DNA of 64,000 nucleotides from assembly GCA_026023565.1 (NCBI GenBank), contig JAPETS010000024.1, positions 62,001 through 126,000 of the forward strand. Reading direction: 5' to 3'. Numbering within the stretch: the first letter of the stretch is position 1; every line of letters begins with the position of its first letter. Under the pieces are notes generated by a model. That model was not told the origin of the DNA. It did not search any database and worked only from the letters and a program-made list of their open reading frames with translations. A program made the translations under genes and the position numbers. Below are positions 57,631 to 64,000 of the stretch, piece by piece. The DNA comes from Cirrosporium novae-zelandiae (lineage: Eukaryota).

Positions 57631-60630
57631 GGGGAGTGGACCACGAGGGGATGTGCCATTTGTCTCAACTCAACGGATCGGACCGCCATGAGACAAGGCT
57701 TTTTAAGGCCATAAGATAAAAAGAGGCGCCTTGGGAAAGAAAACACGGTCAAGGGCTCGAGAGATGAAAGGAAAGTATTCTCCTTCAGGAACTGAGAGTT
57801 GAAAACTTTACCCTTTGAACCTTTCAGGTGGCGTCTGAAGCGTCTGAACCCCGGAGATCCCTTATCCCGTGGCGGGCAACAAGGACATCAAAGGCCACCA
57901 CAGGCCACCACAGGAACCAGAAACAGAAATTGCGTTTCAATTGACAATTGACATCCGGCGACAACGAGCCTGCACTAACGTTAAATGTACTTCTCCGGAA
58001 CTCTATTCACAGCCTCTTCAAAATAACTCTTTCATCTATCAAAGCCAACCGTAACGAGCGGGACTGGTGGGAAGGGAACGCTCTTTCCCCTCCATCAATT
58101 ACCTAGGTACTCAGTATTATGCTTGGGCGCAATGAGATCCAATTGACTCGATTATTCAATAGAATCATTCCCATGTATCCATGTATGACACTGCAATGAT
58201 CCACCGCAGGGTTCCAGGTTACAATTGTGAGAGATAGATTACCGGGCCAGGAACATACCGATGGCACTTATCCAGTTCCTGGTCGACTTCATGGCGTTTC
58301 TGAGATGCATGTAAAAAAAAAAATAAAAAAATATTCTCTTACAAGTTAGAGGCCACCAAATAAACATCTGAACATCGGATGAGCCAGCTGGGAGTTCGGC
58401 ATCTTTGCCAGAGGAGTTCGGAGCCATTCTCAAACACAGTTTTTTTCTTGCTCTCTAATTCTAAGACAATAAATGGAGTCATCTTTCACTTGACCATTAT
58501 TGACCACGATTGGACCAATGACCTAATATTGATTGTTCTGACTACATAGACTATCATGGCCGTTTCGACTCCTCGAGCCAAGCTACGCTATCGAGGATCT
58601 AACGGAAACCCTTTTTTGTCGGTTTGCGTGTGGTGCTTACTTAGCAGAACACTTAAGCACCTTAGGGCCCACGGGACCTTCATATCGCCGTACCCTTATA
58701 CTGTGTCTGGTATGGTTAGATTGGGATGTCTGTCAAAAAAAAGAGCCAGAGAGTCAAAACGTCAAAAGTAATAAGTTCCCTGATTTGCAAAACAAGATGA
58801 GAATGATGAACAAAGTAAGATTTGTGACATGGTGACAGGGCTGCATGGAATTATCGCTTTGCTTCGCTTACTTTCTCTCGGAGCATGCGGACCTTCCCAA
58901 CAAGGGAATCGACGTCGGTTCGTGGCAAGATCGTTCATGGGGTGGAAACTCCACGACCGATCTATGGGACAAAAGACGAGAGATGAGGTAAGTGATGAAT
59001 GGGATGGCCTGTGGGGGGCCGGGAAGCTTGAAAGCTGAAGAGCGGCATCTGGAAACAAACCGCAACAACCCATGCGCATCCCATCTGGTCTGAACTTACG
59101 GGGGGCCAGAGATGCCCCGGAGTGTCTCGGCGTCGCGCCTTCCCTCTACAGCCCACTCAGGGAGGACCAAAACGGCCAAGGAGGGCCGAGCGGACCATCT
59201 TGAGATGATTGTTTATTATTCACCAGGAAATAACACTTATGGGATCATCGTCCTTGTGTTCTCTGTTATCCCTGGATATCCTTTGGAGATATCCTAGAGA
59301 TATCCCTGATGTCGGACCTTAACATTTGAGTTATGTCGTCCCTGATGCAGATTAGATGCAGGTTTCCAGACAAGCAAAAAAATACGATGGAAAGTATAGG
59401 CAATAGTTGACCCTTCGTTGATGGAAGCCAAACATAGATAACTTTAGAAAGGATTAATTATTGATATTATGTACTACTCGATATGCGAGCAGTCGAAGGG
59501 GACACAAAGAGTCAAAGACAGACAGGCAGAAGAGAAAAAGGGACCCAGGCGAGGTTCGCTAGGCCTGTGCAAGCCCTGTTCGAAAGCCCTGTGCAACCCA
59601 ACTGCATCTCAAATACAGGGCGGCATGATCAGCTGGGGTAAAAATAACAAGGATTGACAATCACCAGCGGTCTGGGAAAAGTTCAGCAGCAGCAGGGGTA
59701 AAAGGGATTAAAGGAAGAGGAGACAAAGTGTCAAAACTTCAACATGAAACCTTTTCTGATGGGTTGGAGGAGGGCCTGCAATCTCGGCACCACACGGAGG
59801 TCGCTGTTATTTATTACAAAGTTAACTTGGAACTTCAGGACGCGCAATACATTAATGAATACGGGATACGAATCTATAAACACTAGAACTCTGTGAGAAG
59901 CATCTCCGATGTTTAGTAGACTATCTGTGAATCTAAAACCTTCGACCAAAACAAGCTATGCATGGACACCTCTGGAGCTTACGGGGTACCAAGCACGCTA
60001 TCCACGTGGAAAAAACAAGGTGATTTTCCAAACCTTCATTTGGTGTTAGACAGTAGGATGGCCCAAGCATTTACAGTCTACGCCTGTCTGTGACTGACAG
60101 CCAATTTTTTATTTTTATTTTTATTTTTTCTGTTTTTTTCTGTTTTTTTCTGTTTTTTCCCCTGTTTTTCTCCTGTTTTTGTTTTTTTGGTTGACAAATT
60201 CTTCTGTCAGCAAAGGAAGCGGCTATTCGGACACATGTCATAGCGAGATCCGTTGATCCCAGATTTAGGGGATTAGAGTTCTTCTAGACGATTCATCCTC
60301 CCCCAACCTTCAAAATTCACAATCTCGCATTCCTCGCATTCGGTCTCTTCTCCTTTCCCCCAACCCTTAAGGCATCAAGGCACGGACATGCTCGTCATTG
60401 CCTGTCTAGCAAAACTGACTTTTAACCTCATTTTGCTACAACCTTAACATATACCCTTTTCACAGCCACCAATCTTGGCTGGCTGACAACCAGAGAGAAA
60501 CCAAAAAGCATATCCAGGATTCCAAGATTTCAGGATTCTAGAAACCTTTGTCATGATTCATCTAATTACAACTATATTCCTCCTGTTGTTACATGCACCT
60601 GTCCGTAGAACATAGCCATGACCATGGCCC

Positions 60631-62933
60631 TTACTTGACCACGTTTTCCTCTACTGTTGCAGGTGGCTGTGAATCAGGCCGCCCTTCACCGACATCCTGA
60701 ACTGGGTCTGCCTGTATACTCTCGCCGCAACCCTGTTGAGCCTCAGTAATCACGGGAGTTGCGTCCATAGTCGATTCGTCAATGTTCGCAGCATCCTCAT
60801 TTTCTACCTGCACTGGGTCCCTGAATAAGGGTTCCAGATTCTTCCCATCTTCGATTTGGTCCAAAATATTGAGCTTGTTCTTTGATGCCACTCGTAGTGT
60901 TCGCCATACTTTGCTTGCCTTTGTGTTTTCCGCCAATGCTTTTTCTTCGCTATCTTTCGCCATGTCAATATCAAATTCATCTTCTGCAATAGGACCCTTG
61001 AAAGAGGTAACAGAGGGAATGGCATATCTATGAATCATCAGCAACTGGACTTGTATAAACATAGCCAACCTATCTTACCGTTCTGGGTTCTTTAGATGCT
61101 CTATTCCATGGTCATGATCTGTTTCTGATAAAAATCGTACATCCAAAGACCCCAAAGGCATTGCACGTAGCCTTTTGGTAGCACATGCTTTCTGTGCTCC
61201 ATCTCTAGCTTCTTTAAATTGCTCAAGGCTTAGGCCAGGCCGTTCAATGAGCTTGCAATTATCGGCTTTCCAGCGGGTCCAATTTTTATCCCTTGATAAT
61301 ACGGTGTCCACCATGCGGTAGTAGAACTTCCCTTCCTGGCCTCTTTGAAGATACGACGCAATGGTCGACTTTGTGGAAGCGACCCATTTCGCCTAGGGGG
61401 ACTAAGCATTTATTTTTAAATTTCAAGTAATGAGCTTTGCTTACCTCTTCATCGCTTAAAGTAAAGCTGTAAATAACGGCCTTGTTCGACATATTGGCAA
61501 TCTTTGCTTTTCCCTTTTCAGTAAGGGAAAATAAGAAGTCAAGGACGATTAATGCTTGGACAAGTACATGACGTCGAAATGCTGAATCATTGACCTATGA
61601 GAACGTAAGTTATTGTAGCCTAGCTAAGTTTATAACAGACAAACCTCGAGTTCGAATAGGTCTCGGCTAGTCAAATACTTCGGATTGAAAGTACTCGCAA
61701 AGGCATCATCATCTGCAGTGCGTTTCCTTTTACCCAATCGGGTATGCTCTTCATAAGCCTTTGTCGAATTCTGCTCCTCATGACTTGATGCGAGTGCCTC
61801 AAACTTGATAATCGTTTCCTCGATACCCTTTTTAAAAGATTCAAAATTTTGAGACTCAAAAAGACGAGTAGGTTGGGAAAAGTCACGTTGTAGAGACCAA
61901 AATATAGGATATAATGTATCAAGGTCGAGGGGAGAAGGCTTTGTCGAGTTTTTGTTATCTGGTGTAATTATTTCTGGTGTCGTGACTGAATGGTTCGATG
62001 CTGCTGCATTTTCCGAGTTATCGGGTGTCTGGTTAACTTCTGGAGGACTTCCATTTGTGGCATCCTTCTTCTCTTCATTATCAATATCCATAGCTTGGCC
62101 GTCGGCTCTATTTTTTGTTGCAGGCTCGTCGAATGTTGTAATATTTTCCACATGGTATTCACCTCGCAGATTGACAGAGCTTTTGTCGCCAAGAGGAAAG
62201 CTCTGAAATAAGAAAATGAATACCCGTCCACAGAAAACGGTATCTTCTGCGCGAGAAAGTCTTCGTAAGAGTTCGTTGCAAGATCTAAGGATAATAAGAC
62301 TCTTGCTCTTGAAATGTTTCTGGTAAATCCTGTTATCAGCACAAGGGCAACATCCTCCGCAATATATGGTTTTCGTACCGCTGTTATTCGTTCACGCCGC
62401 GACTCTAGAAAATCAAAGACTTTGCGACAGCCATCAATTGTTTGACTATCTAGCAGTTCTTCGACGAGCCAGAATATCAACCCGGATTCGCATTGTTCTA
62501 GAACCCTCGTTAGCGCAGGTAGACTCTTCGTTCAGCAATATAAGACATACCACTATCAGAGAATGTCGAGACTATGTCAAGGAGTTTCCATATTTCGTCG
62601 AAGGAAGGATCTTCGATAGATCTTGAATTCTGTCGATGGTTAGTTCTTATGCGTATTTGGAGTGATCTTTCAACGCACCAGCAAGTCATAAAAGATGTCA
62701 CGAAAAGCAGTTTCCACTGCCGCATACTGCGCTTGCTTTCTGGCTTCGGCTGAACCATTTTCATGGAATAGGCTTGGGTTGCTCTTCTTCAGAGATTGAA
62801 GCTTGTCCTCCAGGTTCGAGATAGTCACGACTGATTCAAAATTATTCGAGGAGCTGACATCAGGCAGCTTATCCAAAAGGCCCTGAATAAAATCCCTATA
62901 CACCTGGACTGTTGGAACTCCATGACTGGCCAT
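60631..62933 (-). CDS. HPR1: THO complex subunit 1 (Hpr1/THOC1), ~7 exons
   Basis: Spliced motifs LIFWLVEELLDSQTIDGCRKVFDFLESRRERI, LIILRSCNELLRRLSRAEDTVFCGRVFIFLFQSFPLGDKSSVNLRG, LYPIFWSLQ.DF, FNPKYLTSRDLFELE, FRRHVLVQALI and VLSRDKNW.RWK. Confidence 0.95.
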
Positions 62934-63307
62934 GATGAGATATCGTCGATTGAGAACTAGCGCCAAGTTGACATTTGCGGAGATGAAGGAGGATAGAAGT
63001 GACGAAGCAGAAGTAAAGGCAAATTACAGTAGGAAAATCTATATGATATCGGTGCAGTTGCTGAAGAGCGAAATTGATTGAATAGTTACTAGAGTATTTA
63101 CAACAGGATTCAAGATGAGGTTGAAGTGGTCCAAGCTTCACCAATGTTTGGCGCTTACAACCCCGGATCTCGGTGATATAATTCCGACGCATATGAAATA
63201 ACTGAATGGATCTGACGTCGTTAAAAGTCTCCCATCATTGGCCATTATTCAAACAAGACATTATTCAATTAATTTTCATCTTTTAGAGTTATATAGTCTA
63301 TTCTACT

Positions 63308-64000
63308 ATGTTGAGCCCACAAAGACATATCAAGAGGTCTCGAGCAAGTAAGCCAAAAGTCAAAACAGGCTGCCGTACATGCAAGTAGGTTCAATATTCG
63401 TTTCGATTTTATCAACTTTCTTTCTTTTCCTAACTTGAAGCAGGGCTCGGCGAGTCAAATGTGATGAGAAAAGGCCACAGTGTCAAAAATGCTTATCCAC
63501 AGGTCGAAACTGCGAAGGATATGAAGTGAGCAAAAGTAGCATCAACCCCATCATTCGTCCTCTACACCCGAAAGAGCCCAACGTCCCAGGCAGGCTTACT
63601 CAGGTCCGTCCATCATTGCCAGGCTTCTCTGATACCACCCCTCTTGAGAAGCAATGTTTTTATTTTTTTCAGCAGCGTACAGCAAGAGAACTACCTGGTC
63701 TTTTCTCCTTAGACCTATGTGAAAGGCTAGTTTTACAGATCAGCAGTTCTGAGCCTGCTATCCTTCATGCAGCTATTGCAGTCAGTTCGATCCACCAGCG
63801 GTATGAAGCTAGTGGTATGGCTATTACAGTAGACAATTTGGTTGATGAGCGTTACCGTTTCGCATTGAACCAATACAACAAGGCACTCAGCTTTCTGAAA
63901 CGTCGTTTAGATGGTTCAGATCAATGTTCTACTGAAATTATATTGACTACATGTTTTCTCTTCATATGCCTTGAGATGCTGCAAGGGCACTATGATGCCG
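63308..64000 (+). CDS. Zn(II)2Cys6 transcription factor, 5' part (intron 63385-63443); runs off the window end
   Basis: MLSPQRHIKRSRASKPKVKTGCRTCK|ARRVKCDEKRPQCQKCLSTGRNCEGY, then F.FF.QRTA..L...LVLQ.SSSEPAILHAAIAVSS.H and ALNQYNKAL..L, typical of Fungal_trans_2 C6 factors. Confidence 0.92.

Overview
Gene-dense chromosomal segment of a filamentous ascomycete (Pezizomycotina-type genes with short GT..AG introns and RCTRAY branch points). I resolved 18 protein-coding loci by hand, two of them truncated by the window edges. In order: Spc97/GCP2 (partial), Pup2, a Zn2Cys6 TF, Rrp8, Msb2 signalling mucin, a repeat-containing predicted mitochondrial protein, Vps36, Thp3, Bem1, Afg1 ATPase, a His-rich MGC-start orphan ORF, an RBR E3 ligase, an Ayr1-like SDR, a Mae1/SLAC1 transporter, an Atg22-like MFS transporter, a homeobox TF, Hpr1/THOC1, and a second Zn2Cys6 TF (partial). 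I found no rRNA, tRNA, snRNA, CRISPR array, intact transposon or secondary-metabolite cluster, and I cannot support a new multi-gene system. The most unusual window-scale pattern is at the three tail-to-tail (convergent) gene junctions. All three carry low-complexity DNA, local degenerate duplications (two with RIP-like transitions) and sharp C-rich to G-rich strand-skew flips that reach into the coding 3' ends. Other points of interest are a ~22-copy repeat in Msb2, a ~37-aa repeat in the mitochondrial protein, a lipidation-motif orphan, a GATA-site cluster upstream of atg22, and predicted 5'-UTR introns and a uORF in regulatory genes. Gene names come from recalled family motifs, not database searches.
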